A DNA stretch of 64,000 bases from Oscillospiraceae bacterium (lineage in GTDB: Bacteria > Bacillota > Clostridia > Oscillospirales > SIG627). Location: positions 4,360 to 68,359 of the forward strand of contig JAYFRN010000043.1 of NCBI GenBank assembly GCA_034925865.1, read 5' to 3'. The translations under genes were made by a program, and so were the position numbers. This document shows, in pieces, positions 44,885-54,349 of the stretch. A model generated the notes under the pieces. It saw only the letters and a list, made by a program, of their open reading frames with translations, did not search any database and was not told the origin of the DNA. Position 1 is the first letter of the stretch; the number at the start of each line of letters is the position of its first letter.

Positions 44885-46150
44885 TCAGCCGATGCTTTTT
44901 GCGTGCGCAAGGAGATGTTTTTCTGCTTCCGCGCACCATAGACCGTTATTGGCCTTCACTATTTCGCCCAGCTTTGCATACAGCGGATCGTTTTCACCCA
45001 GCTTTTCCAAATCGTCAAGAGCGACAAGCGGCATGCTTATATTTGTGTATATAAGCTTCTTTCCGCCCTTTATATTCGGCAGGTTGAGAATGGTATCCTT
45101 CGCCGCGTCAAGCCCTCCGATGTGAGTGATCATTGCGGAAGGATTAATCTTTCCATGCTGCATAAGACAAAGAGATTCTTTCATGTCATCCGTGTTCCCG
45201 CCGCTGGTTCCGACAATATGCGTGGAAATATAATGGACATTGTAAAAATTAAACATGGCGGAGAATTCGGTGTTTGTCGGACCCGCGAAGAAGTTGAGGC
45301 ATCCGTCGCGTGCCAACAGTCTGTCGCCCATTTCAACAACGGGTTTAACAGGAGCAAATACAAACAGATCGTCGAATCCGTTGCCGCCGGTGAGGCTTCG
45401 CAGATAATCTTCTGCATTTTCGCATTTTGCTGTGTTGATGTAATAGAGCTTTACGCCTTCCGAGGCCGCTTTTTCAACCGAAAGTATCTCGGCCGCGCGT
45501 GCCAGTCTTGCGTCGTCGATATCGGTGACGACTATTATGGCGGGCTTTATTCCGCCGTGAATCGCATAATCAATGGCTCCGAGACCCATCGGTCCCGCTC
45601 CGGCGAGAATTGCGAGGCATCCGCCTTCCTTAATACCCATCTTATGAGTATACACGCCGTTTTGCGTATGATACATAGCGTGGAAAGAACCGATTATGCA
45701 GCTCATTGGCTCGGAAAGAGAGCCGTGGAAAAATGCCTCTCCATTGTAAGGGAGAAGAGAACCCGTTTCCATCACCTCGTGAGGAATTACGATATATGTG
45801 GCGTCACCGCCGATATATTTATATGAATAACCGGGAGAATTAAGACTGCCGTTGTAATTGAGCGCGGGTTGTATTGAAAATCTGTCTCCGGACTTGAATT
45901 GGCTTTGCCATTTTTGTCCGACTTTGATGATTTCACCGCAAAATTCGTGACCGATTATGATTGGGTTTACCGCTACGTCATCGGGAACTCTTTTATGTGC
46001 CGCTCCCTGTATGGTGGCTTTATAGCTTGACATACAAACGCTGTCTGAAATAATGTGGGCGAGTATTTCGTCATCCTTTATTTCCGGAAGCTCAAATGAC
46101 TCGAGTCTGAGGTCGTTCTGACCGTATAAACGAAGTGCTGTTGTTTTCAT
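44885..46150 (-). CDS. zinc-type medium-chain dehydrogenase/reductase (sugar or polyol(-phosphate) dehydrogenase-like)
   Basis: GHEFCGEI, GDRF, LAGAGPMGLGAI Rossmann motif. ATG 46150 is preferred over the track 46183. Confidence 0.75.
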   Translation of the reverse strand: MKTTALRLYGQNDLRLESFELPEIKDDEILAHIISDSVCMSSYKATIQGAAHKRVPDDVAVNPIIIGHEFCGEIIKVGQKWQSQFKSGDRFSIQPALNYNGSLNSPGYSYKYIGGDATYIVIPHEVMETGSLLPYNGEAFFHGSLSEPMSCIIGSFHAMYHTQNGVYTHKMGIKEGGCLAILAGAGPMGLGAIDYAIHGGIKPAIIVVTDIDDARLARAAEILSVEKAASEGVKLYYINTAKCENAEDYLRSLTGGNGFDDLFVFAPVKPVVEMGDRLLARDGCLNFFAGPTNTEFSAMFNFYNVHYISTHIVGTSGGNTDDMKESLCLMQHGKINPSAMITHIGGLDAAKDTILNLPNIKGGKKLIYTNISMPLVALDDLEKLGENDPLYAKLGEIVKANNGLWCAEAEKHLLAHAKSIG

Positions 46151-46196
46151 TTTATAATCCTTTATAATAATATATAATGACAATTTAATTTTCTGC

Positions 46197-46469
46197 TTAA
46201 TTATTCGCAGTGCTGCCGGTATTATTTATTGATTTACCTGTTGAGTTGCCGGTATTATCAGCTGCTTGATTTTCATCCGTAACGGGCGGTGCTGAGGTAT
46301 CTGAAACGGATGCGGCAGTGGTTTCCGGAGCCTTGCTATAATCGATAGCTGTGCCGGAATTGATTTTTATAAATATCAGGCATAACACAAATGTCAGAAG
46401 TATAATAATTGACGCGGATATAGAATTGCGAAGCTTGCGCTTATGATTTTTGTGTAGAGCTTTATTCAT
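46197..46469 (-). CDS. small membrane-anchored hypothetical protein (90 aa)
   Basis: N-terminal basic stretch plus one TM, then a low-complexity Thr/Ser/Ala/Asn tail. Confidence 0.4.
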   Translation of the reverse strand: MNKALHKNHKRKLRNSISASIIILLTFVLCLIFIKINSGTAIDYSKAPETTAASVSDTSAPPVTDENQAADNTGNSTGKSINNTGSTANN

Positions 46470-46477
46470 ATATATGT

Positions 46478-47032
46478 TTATCTACTCCCGAGGGAAGCCA
46501 ACAATCCGATAAATGATGCGGCAATCAACGTGTATAATAAAATTGAGATACCAATGGATATTAAGATTATGATCAGATGTGCCCGTGCGAAGTTCTTTTT
46601 ATTTATCTCTGTGGAGGAGTCAAATGCCCAGATAAGGTATATAATTAGCCCGGCGATCGGTATCATTCCCACGAGTATCATTAAAAGATATGAACTGACG
46701 GAAATCACCTGCGGTGGCTGGACATAGTATGGCTGCCCGTATTGGTTATATCCTGTGTTTGTATAATATCCCTGATTGTAATTGAATTGCTGTCCGGCGC
46801 CTTGGCCGCCGGATGAGCTATACGAACCGTAAACGGGAGCATATGAAGCTCCTTTATTTTGAGCTGTATTATAATCCTGATTATTGGGTTTTGACTGAGA
46901 ATCTGTATTTCCGGTTTCGGAGGACGACTTTGCTGTTTCACTTTCAGGCTTTTCCGCAGAAAGCTTATATCCGCATTCCGGACAATACTGATTCTCCGGA
47001 ACTTCCTTTTTGCATCCGGGACAAATCATCAT
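46478..47032 (-). CDS. zinc-ribbon membrane protein (184 aa)
   Basis: CPGC...CPEC ribbon, Q/N/Y/G-rich linker, two C-terminal TM segments. Confidence 0.55.
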   Translation of the reverse strand: MMICPGCKKEVPENQYCPECGYKLSAEKPESETAKSSSETGNTDSQSKPNNQDYNTAQNKGASYAPVYGSYSSSGGQGAGQQFNYNQGYYTNTGYNQYGQPYYVQPPQVISVSSYLLMILVGMIPIAGLIIYLIWAFDSSTEINKKNFARAHLIIILISIGISILLYTLIAASFIGLLASLGSR

Positions 47033-47116
47033 TTGACTATCTCCTTTAATTTTGTATTATACTAATTACTAACATTCTGACTGTTTTATACGGCTGTTCG
47101 ATTGTTATAAAATGGT

Positions 47117-47226
47117 AGTTATTAAAAATGCAATTTAATAATCCTTGTTTTATAAAAGAGAAAAGTCCATATACAAGAGCCTTTTCTCTCTTTTAGCGGT
47201 ATTTATTAAATTGCCGAGTTAATAAA
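47117..47226. repeat. palindromic repeat, copy F (full length)
   Basis: GCAATTTAATAA / TTATTAAATTGC arms, inner AAAAGAGAAAAG...CTTTTCTCTCTTTT hairpin, flank GAGTTAATAA. Confidence 0.75.
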
Positions 47227-47461
47227 AAATCATTGTTTTACAGTAGTATTTAAATGCCAGTTTGATAAATTAATGCTCAAAGGCAAAAATTTGCAGAGGG
47301 TAATTGAAGGATAAATGATATTATCCCTCTGTTATTGCTTTCAGTGTATATTATTATAACACATTTCGGCTTTTTTTCAATAGTAACGCTTGCTTTTTCC
47401 TTTAATTACTGATAGAATTATCATGAATTTCAGCGAAAAGCTAATAATAATGGAGTGTAAA

Positions 47462-48532
47462 ATGGGAAAATTAAGAATTGGTATAATTGGTTCCGGCGGG
47501 ATCAGCGCATGTCATACACATGGATACAGCCTCCTTCCGAATTGCCAGGTGGTTGCATGCTGCGACATAAATGAAGCAAAGGCTGCGGCTTATGCACAGA
47601 ATTATAATATACCGGCATATTATACCGATTATAACGAAATGCTTGCTAAAGAAAAACTTGACGCGGTAAGCGTCACAACATGGAACGCGGCTCACATGCC
47701 GGCGTCTGTTGCCGCGCTTAATGCCGGAGTAAACGTGCTTTGCGAAAAGCCGATGGCTATGAACTCCGCAGAGGCTCAGCTTATGGCGGATACCGCCAAA
47801 AAGAATAACAAGCTGCTGCAAATCGGATTTGTTATGCGGTATAACAATACAACCGAAGTTATGGAAAACCTAAAGCGCGATGGCGCTCTCGGCGACATTT
47901 ATTACGCAAAAGCTACATACCTTCGCCGGAACGGATGCCCGGGCGGCTGGTTTGGAGACAAATCATATGCCGGAGGCGGTCCGCTTATAGATCTCGGCGT
48001 TCACGTAATGGATATCGTCAGATATCTCGGGGGATTGCCAAAGCCGGTCAGCGCATATGGCGCGACCTTCAACAATCTCGGTCGCAACCGCGCGTGTAAT
48101 TCCATTCCGACTTTTGGTTATGAACGTGACAACAACGCTCCTTCCGACTGCAAATATTCCGTAGAGGATTTCGCAACCGCAATGATCAGATTCGACAACG
48201 GGCTTGTTCTCAGTGTAGAGGCGAGCTTCAATCTGAATATAAAAGAAGATGTTGCTTATTATGAGCTGTTCGGGACAAAGGCCGGATTGAAAGTGGGCGA
48301 CACCCTCGAAATGTACACTCAGATGAATGATTATTTTGTGGATGTAAAGCCGTATGCGCTTCCGAAAAATGATTTTACCGGAGCGTTCAACGCGGAGATA
48401 GCGCATTTCATTGATTGTGTTGCAAACGGCACAAAATGCAAAGCTCCCGCGGAAGACGGAGTAATCCTGATGAAAATGATCGATGCCATTTACGAATCCG
48501 CAAAGACAGGACACGAAGTCATTATAAAATAA
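47462..48532 (+). CDS. Gfo/Idh/MocA family NAD(P)-dependent oxidoreductase
   Basis: LRIGIIGSGGIS, VLCEKP, and the C-terminal alpha/beta domain. GGAG RBS before ATG 47462. Confidence 0.85.
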   Translation: MGKLRIGIIGSGGISACHTHGYSLLPNCQVVACCDINEAKAAAYAQNYNIPAYYTDYNEMLAKEKLDAVSVTTWNAAHMPASVAALNAGVNVLCEKPMAMNSAEAQLMADTAKKNNKLLQIGFVMRYNNTTEVMENLKRDGALGDIYYAKATYLRRNGCPGGWFGDKSYAGGGPLIDLGVHVMDIVRYLGGLPKPVSAYGATFNNLGRNRACNSIPTFGYERDNNAPSDCKYSVEDFATAMIRFDNGLVLSVEASFNLNIKEDVAYYELFGTKAGLKVGDTLEMYTQMNDYFVDVKPYALPKNDFTGAFNAEIAHFIDCVANGTKCKAPAEDGVILMKMIDAIYESAKTGHEVIIK

Positions 48533-48545
48533 TTTCAGGTAAAAA

Positions 48546-48582
48546 TCCGGCGGCGCGTGTAATACGCGCCGCCGGATTTTTT
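48546..48582 (+). terminator. strong intrinsic terminator
   Basis: 12-bp GC stem TCCGGCGGCGCG / CGCGCCGCCGGA followed by TTTTTT. Confidence 0.8.
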
Positions 48583-48586
48583 AAAA

Positions 48587-48637
48587 GGGAAGTACGCGGT
48601 TTCTTTGAAAAGAAGCCTGGTAAAGAAACTTATTATT
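48587..48637. repeat. second repeat family, copy 2
   Basis: ACGCGGTTTCTTTGAAAAGAAGCCTGGTAAAGAAACTTATTA is near-identical to 14402-14443. Confidence 0.6.
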
Positions 48638-48708
48638 AGAGATAAAAGCCCATATACAAGAGCTTTTCTCTCTTTTAGCGGTAATGATTTAATTTCCGAT
48701 TTAACAAT
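48638..48708. repeat. palindromic repeat, copy G (left arm missing)
   Basis: AGAGATAAAAGCCCATATACAAGAGCTTTTCTCTCTTTTAGCGGTAATGATTTAATTTCCGATTTAACAA. Confidence 0.6.
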
Positions 48709-48803
48709 CGCTATCTCAAATACGAGCCTAGGAGTCCGAGCCTTTTTGTGAAAAGTTCATCAATGAAGAAGTTACCCGGGAGTCTCCCGGGAAAAGCTCC
48801 AGA

Positions 48804-49658
48804 TTAAACTGACTCGGCATATTCCCTTATGCGGGAAATTTCCTCTCTGTATCCATCAATATCGTTCGGGGTTTCAAGATAAAATGGAAGCTCGCGCAGA
48901 GCGGGGTGAGTGACCAAACGCATCAGAGGTTCAAATCCGATATTACCTCCGCCGATGATCTCATGCCGGTCCTTTCTGCTTGAAAAAGCGCTTTTTGAAT
49001 CGTTAAGGTGTATTGCCTTGAGCTTTTTCAAACCAATTACTTTGTCAAACTCCGTCAATACTCCGTCGGGATTTCCCACAATGTCATAGCCGCCGTCAAA
49101 TACATGGCATGTATCAAGGCAGACTCCGATCTTTTCTGCGGTATGTCCGGGACAAACGGCTCTGTCGATAATTTCTCGTATTTCTTCAAATTTTCCGCCG
49201 ATTTCGGATCCCTTTCCCGACATTGTCTCTATTAAAACAGTTGTTGTCATGCCGTCGAACATGACCTCTCCGATCAGCTCTGCTGTAAGAGAAATACCTG
49301 TTTCAATTCCCTGACCGACATGGCTTCCGGGATGAAAGTTATATGTCTGTCCGGGTGTTGCTTCCATACGCTTTAAATCGTCTGCAAATGTTTCCCTTGC
49401 AAAATTACGCACTCTTTGGTCGGAGGCGCAGGGATTAAGCGTAAACGGAGCATGAGCGAGTATATGCCTTATACCGAATCGTTCGCAAAGCAGCGAAAAA
49501 CTTGAAATATCGGCAGGGTTTATCGGCTTTGCGGCGCCGCCGCGCGGATTGCGGGTAAAAAACTGGAAGGTATTAGCGCCTATCGAGCTGGCTTCCGAAG
49601 CCATAGCCGAATATCCTCCTGCTGACGAAAGATGACAACCTATAGTCAATCTGTTCAT
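48804..49658 (-). CDS. nfo: deoxyribonuclease IV (endonuclease IV)
   Basis: HAPFTLNPC, FHPGSH, LIETMSGKG, CLDTCH, IHLNDS. Confidence 0.9.
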   Translation of the reverse strand: MNRLTIGCHLSSAGGYSAMASEASSIGANTFQFFTRNPRGGAAKPINPADISSFSLLCERFGIRHILAHAPFTLNPCASDQRVRNFARETFADDLKRMEATPGQTYNFHPGSHVGQGIETGISLTAELIGEVMFDGMTTTVLIETMSGKGSEIGGKFEEIREIIDRAVCPGHTAEKIGVCLDTCHVFDGGYDIVGNPDGVLTEFDKVIGLKKLKAIHLNDSKSAFSSRKDRHEIIGGGNIGFEPLMRLVTHPALRELPFYLETPNDIDGYREEISRIREYAESV

Positions 49659-49669
49659 ATATTAAACAG

Positions 49670-49693
49670 CGGCGCGCCGAATCCGGCGCGCCG
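49670..49693. other. perfect GC-rich palindromic hairpin between ftsZ and nfo
   Basis: CGGCGCGCCG-AATC-CGGCGCGCCG. Only a weak T-tract follows on the minus strand. Confidence 0.4.
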
Positions 49694-49713
49694 ACGATCC
49701 TTTGCATGTATAA

Positions 49714-50853
49714 TCAATAATTGCGTTTGTTCTCGTCTTCTTTTCTCTTTTTTGACTTGTTGAGAATATCGAGGATCAGATCGTATTCATCGTCGTTGGC
49801 GGGTGTCTCCGCTTTTGCGGCGGAAGCGGTATCAGCGGCTTTAGGAGCGGCTGCCGCAGGAGATGCAGCACGTTTACCGAGAACCGCGCCCTTTTTTTCG
49901 GTGGTGAATCCGGTCGCGATGACGGTCACACGCATCTCGTCTTCGAGAGACGGATCAAACGCCGCACCCCAGATAATGTTGGCATCAGGATGAGCCTCTG
50001 TGGCTATCATATTTGAAGCTGTATCAACCTCTTCAAATCCGATGTCAGGAGAAGCGGTGATGTTGACTATGATGCCTCTTGCGCCTGAAATACTTGTTTC
50101 AAGCAACGGGCTGGATATAGCCATTTTTGCGGCTGCTTCGGCTTTATCCTTGCCTTTGCCGTTGCCGACGCCCATATGAGCAAGACCGGCATTGCTCATT
50201 ATCGAAGTAACATCGGCAAAGTCAAGGTTGACGAGACCGGTCGTGCTTATCAATTCCGAGATGCTCTGTACGCCGCGGCTCAACACTCCGTCGGCAATTT
50301 CGAAAGCATTCAGGAAGGTTATACGAGTTTCAGATACAAGGCGAAGTCTTTCATTCGGTATGACAATCAGAGAGTCCACATGTTCACTGAGATTTTTTAT
50401 GCCTTCTTCGGCCTGACCCATGCGCCTTTGACCTTCGAATGCAAAAGGTTTTGTGACGATGGCGATGGTAAGTATGCCCATGTCTTTGGCAAGCTTCGCT
50501 ATAATAGGAGTGGCGCCGGTTCCGGTGCCGCCTCCCATGCCGGAGGTGAGAAAAATCATATCTGCGCCTTTAATTGCGGAAGTGATTTCTTCAAGCGATT
50601 CTTCTGCGGCGCGCTGTCCGATTTCAGGTTTTGCGCCTGCACCGTGACCCTTTGTTATTTTTTCGCCGATCGGTATTTTTTTGTCGGCACGAGATTGGCT
50701 CAGTGTTGCTCTGTCTGTGTTTACGGCTATAAATTCGACACCTTTGGCACCGTTGTTGATCATACGGTTTATTGTGTTGTTACCGCCGCCGCCGATACCG
50801 ATTACTTTAATTACGACATTGTTCTCATAGCTTGTATCAAGTTCCATAGGCAT
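49714..50853 (-). CDS. ftsZ: cell division GTPase FtsZ
   Basis: GIGGGGNNTINRM, GGGTGTGATP, NLDFADV, and a C-terminal conserved peptide DDEYDLILDIL. Confidence 0.97.
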   Translation of the reverse strand: MPMELDTSYENNVVIKVIGIGGGGNNTINRMINNGAKGVEFIAVNTDRATLSQSRADKKIPIGEKITKGHGAGAKPEIGQRAAEESLEEITSAIKGADMIFLTSGMGGGTGTGATPIIAKLAKDMGILTIAIVTKPFAFEGQRRMGQAEEGIKNLSEHVDSLIVIPNERLRLVSETRITFLNAFEIADGVLSRGVQSISELISTTGLVNLDFADVTSIMSNAGLAHMGVGNGKGKDKAEAAAKMAISSPLLETSISGARGIIVNITASPDIGFEEVDTASNMIATEAHPDANIIWGAAFDPSLEDEMRVTVIATGFTTEKKGAVLGKRAASPAAAAPKAADTASAAKAETPANDDEYDLILDILNKSKKRKEDENKRNY

Positions 50854-51050
50854 ATTTATGTCCTCCTGATGTATTTACAGTTAAATATTCAATTATAAAA
50901 AGCCGATAAGAACTTTACAATGACCTATCGGCGCATATTATACAACACTATATATTCTATACGATAATAGGACAATTTGCAAGAGCTTTTGTTCTTTTTT
51001 TTCAAAAAAATTCATCATAAAGTATAAATCGACTGAGTATGATTAAAGCA

Positions 51051-51839
51051 TCAGATCTTGCTGTAAAGATTTACTATTGCTTCTCTCGTGTTTGACACGT
51101 CTATCTCTCCTGTGTCGTCCTCATAAAGCTCATCCACTACCTTTATAAACAGCGCGGTTTTATATATGGCATTATCCCAATCGCCGAAATATATTAAAAA
51201 TCTGTTTTTAAATTCAAGAGTTATATAAAACTTATTCGTTACATCGATATAAGATATGCAGTCAGAAATTTCCTTTGACTTTAAAACACAATAAAGCTTG
51301 TCAACGGCATCGAATAGGTTGACGTCATTATATTGTATATATTCACCGACAATACAGCGTTTCACCTTATTAATTTTAAGTTCGATTCTGTGTGGAGTTT
51401 CTGTCAGATTTTCTTTTATATCGGAAAGGCATCCTACTACCTTCTGATCTGCCGAGAGAATAAATGTATTATTGCCTATTTTGATGGTCATCGAACCCGG
51501 ATCTTCTGTTATCGTTATGATTATTTTATTGGGATACTGTTTTTTTATTTTTATATCAGATATAAAAGCCGCAGATTTGTAAATCCGCTTTTTTACGGAG
51601 GTTTCAGAAACTGAAAGCATTTCGTCTCCGTTTTTAATTCCTGAAAAAGCTATTATTTCATCTTGGGTATGTATGGAAGCTCCGAAAACTTCGATAACTG
51701 AAACAGTAAGGTAATATTTTTCGATAAAGTAAAATACACAAGCGATGAGCGAAGCAATTAAAAGGCAGAAAAAGATTTTCTGCCCCAATTTATTAATGCT
51801 TGCTTTTACTTCGGCTTTCTTAAGACCGCGCTCATCCAT
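51051..51839 (-). CDS. ftsQ: FtsQ/DivIB-type cell division protein (POTRA domain)
   Basis: Single N-terminal TM, then a POTRA-like segment: IEVFGASIHTQDEIIAFSGIKNGDEM...KKQYPNKIIITITE. Confidence 0.7.
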   Translation of the reverse strand: MDERGLKKAEVKASINKLGQKIFFCLLIASLIACVFYFIEKYYLTVSVIEVFGASIHTQDEIIAFSGIKNGDEMLSVSETSVKKRIYKSAAFISDIKIKKQYPNKIIITITEDPGSMTIKIGNNTFILSADQKVVGCLSDIKENLTETPHRIELKINKVKRCIVGEYIQYNDVNLFDAVDKLYCVLKSKEISDCISYIDVTNKFYITLEFKNRFLIYFGDWDNAIYKTALFIKVVDELYEDDTGEIDVSNTREAIVNLYSKI

Positions 51840-51845
51840 TTTGTA

Positions 51846-52943
51846 TTATCCTGTAATTTCTTTGATTATCCTGTAAATTCTTTTATCCGAGTCAGTTACG
51901 GCAAACGCACGCATGGCCGACTTCATTTTTTCAATTATTTTGGGATTTCTGAGAAGCGCGTCGACTTCCGAGGAAAGCCTTTCACCCGAAAGCTCCTTTT
52001 CTTCTATCAGTATCGCTGCTCCTGCGTCGGCAAACATTTTTGCGTTTTTATATTGGTGATTTCCGGTTACATAAGGAGAAGGAATAAGAATGGCAGGCTT
52101 GTTTAAAACAGCAAGCTCGCTTAAGGTAAGTGCACCCGCGCGTGATATCACGATATCCGCTGCCGCCATCAGCTCCGGCATATTATAAATATACTCTAAA
52201 AGCTTAATGTTGGCAAGCCCTGAAAGCCCATTTTCTTCTGCTTTTTTATACCAGCTTTGGTAGGCGGCGGTTCCGAACGCGTGAGTATGATAAATACCTC
52301 GCTTTGACGAATAGTCCTTCATCATGTCAAACACCGCTTCATTTACCGGTCGGGCGCCAAGGCTCCCTCCGTATGAAAGTACGAAAGGTCCGGTTATTCC
52401 CAGCGAATCTCTCGATGCGAGTTGGTTAGATCCGAGCATTCTCGGATCAACCGGATTTCCTACGACTCTTATTTTGTCCTGAGAATTAAATTCATTTTTG
52501 CTTTCTTCAAAAGCGACGAGAATTCTATCCACATATTTTGAAAGCATTTTTACGGTCATTCCTACGACGGCGTTTTGTTCATGCACAAACGTCGGTATTC
52601 TCATTTTTGCCGCGGCGCGCAGCACAGGCCAACAGACATAGCCGCCCGTGCCTACTACGGCATCCGGGCGGAATTCTCGGATTATTTTTTCAGCTTTATA
52701 TACAGATGTAATGGCAAGAAAAGCGGCTTTTATATTTTTAGGAGTGAGTTTTCGCTGATATCCCATGACATCTACGTGATATATCGGAAAATTCTCCTTG
52801 CTCACAAGCCTGTTTTCCATTCCTTTCGGCGTTCCGACAAAGGCAATTGTGCTGTCCGGCTCTTCGACAAGTATTCTTTTCGCGATGGAAAGAGCAGGAT
52901 TTATATGCCCTCCCGTACCGCCTCCGCTCAATAAAACTCTCAT
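51846..52943 (-). CDS. murG: UDP-N-acetylglucosamine--lipid I transferase MurG
   Basis: SGGGTGGHINPAL; ISRAGALTLSEL. Confidence 0.92.
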   Translation of the reverse strand: MRVLLSGGGTGGHINPALSIAKRILVEEPDSTIAFVGTPKGMENRLVSKENFPIYHVDVMGYQRKLTPKNIKAAFLAITSVYKAEKIIREFRPDAVVGTGGYVCWPVLRAAAKMRIPTFVHEQNAVVGMTVKMLSKYVDRILVAFEESKNEFNSQDKIRVVGNPVDPRMLGSNQLASRDSLGITGPFVLSYGGSLGARPVNEAVFDMMKDYSSKRGIYHTHAFGTAAYQSWYKKAEENGLSGLANIKLLEYIYNMPELMAAADIVISRAGALTLSELAVLNKPAILIPSPYVTGNHQYKNAKMFADAGAAILIEEKELSGERLSSEVDALLRNPKIIEKMKSAMRAFAVTDSDKRIYRIIKEITG

Positions 52944-53029
52944 ATATACGATTTATCCTTTCGACAGGAGTTGCTTTTTTAAAAATTCAACCTTATGAAG
53001 CTTACCGCAAGCGGTATTATTTGAAGACA

Positions 53030-54349
53030 TTAATTACGGTTGATATATGAATATCTCGAAATATTTAATACAACTCCCATTTCAGACATAAAAATCGTAA
53101 GTGACGTACCTCCGTAGCTGAAAAAGGGAAGAGAAACACCGGTTGCGGGCACTGCATTCGTAACAACCGCGATGTTGAGAAGAACCTGAACCGCTATCGC
53201 CGTCGTAAGTCCCGCAGCGAGCATCGCGGCGAAACGACGCGGAGCGTAACGAGCAATATAATATCCGCGCCAGATCAACAGGAAAAACAGCAATAAAACC
53301 GCCGCCGCGAAAACAAATCCCATTTCCTCACAAAGAATCGAAAAGATATAATCGTTTTGCGGCTCAGGAAGATAAAGGTGTTTTTGGCGGCTCTGTCCGA
53401 GACCAACTCCCCATAATCCTCCGCTTCCTATCGCATAAAGAGATTGAAGCGGCTGCCATCCTTCTGTTTGCACGAAATTTTCGGGATGCAGCCATACGGT
53501 TATTCGCTTTTTGCCGTGCTCGGTAAAAAGCATGAGTGCCAATAACCCCGCCGATCCGAATATACCCATTAAAATTATATACAGCTTTTTTGCTCCGCCG
53601 AGATACAGCATTATAAAAGTGATAAGCGTTATGATGACCATTGCGGAAAGGTGTGGTTGCTTATAAAGTAATACACAGACAACGCCGAGCAGCGCTAAAA
53701 TGAATACAATTCCTTTCCAGAATTTCTTGATATTTTTAGGATATGTTACGGCATACCACGCTATGAAAATGACGGCTGCTATTTTTACGAATTCTGATGG
53801 CTGAAGGCTTGCGAAACCCAGGTTGATCCATCTTTTGGCGCCCTTGACGGAATAACCGATGATCGGAACAAGAGCGAGGGCACCGACAGCGGCCGCCGAC
53901 AGCCATGGGGCGAATCTTTCATAAAAAGTATATGGTATTACCGACGTCAAGAAAAGGACGATCAAAGAAATGACGGCCCAGATGATCTGCCTTTTTGCGA
54001 AATAATAACTGTCTCCGTCAAAATATTGTTTTGCGTATACATAGCTTGCCGAAAACACCATTGTTGTCCCTATGCAGAGCAGAATTATGACAAGCAGCAA
54101 AAACGGACGGTCAACTCCGCTTTTAATCTGTATATCGGCGCCGCTTTCCGGTGTTTTACCTATGACGCGTTTTCTGCGTATTTTTCTTGCAATGCCGGTT
54201 TTTTCTATGCCGGAAGGAGAATGTGGAACTGCGGCACGGGATGCCGGAATATTTTCCGGCGCGGGACTCCGGCGCGCGCTTTTATACTTCCTTGAGCCAT
54301 TTTTTTGCAAACTGAGTACCTCTAAAACCCTAAGTATGATACGGCGCAT
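53030..54349 (-). CDS. ftsW: FtsW/SpoVE (SEDS) family protein with ~80-aa basic N-terminal extension
   Basis: DRPFLLLVIILLCIGTTMVFSAS, PSEFVKI, and the SEDS-type C-terminal half. No alternative start lies between M1 and TM1. Overlaps the mraY 3' end by 28 nt. Confidence 0.85.
   Translation of the reverse strand: MRRIILRVLEVLSLQKNGSRKYKSARRSPAPENIPASRAAVPHSPSGIEKTGIARKIRRKRVIGKTPESGADIQIKSGVDRPFLLLVIILLCIGTTMVFSASYVYAKQYFDGDSYYFAKRQIIWAVISLIVLFLTSVIPYTFYERFAPWLSAAAVGALALVPIIGYSVKGAKRWINLGFASLQPSEFVKIAAVIFIAWYAVTYPKNIKKFWKGIVFILALLGVVCVLLYKQPHLSAMVIITLITFIMLYLGGAKKLYIILMGIFGSAGLLALMLFTEHGKKRITVWLHPENFVQTEGWQPLQSLYAIGSGGLWGVGLGQSRQKHLYLPEPQNDYIFSILCEEMGFVFAAAVLLLFFLLIWRGYYIARYAPRRFAAMLAAGLTTAIAVQVLLNIAVVTNAVPATGVSLPFFSYGGTSLTIFMSEMGVVLNISRYSYINRN

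Noticed and set aside
45122-45826. Long antisense ORFs inside confidently assigned genes. Examples: 45122-45826 inside the dehydrogenase, 50176-50898 inside ftsZ, 36387-36974 inside the rSAM gene, 39216-39737 inside ABC-F, and 57048-57551 inside murE.
   Set aside because: Each lies fully within a gene on the other strand that has clear catalytic motifs. Their products are low-complexity or Arg/Ser-rich with no motifs or RBS. These are typical shadow ORFs.
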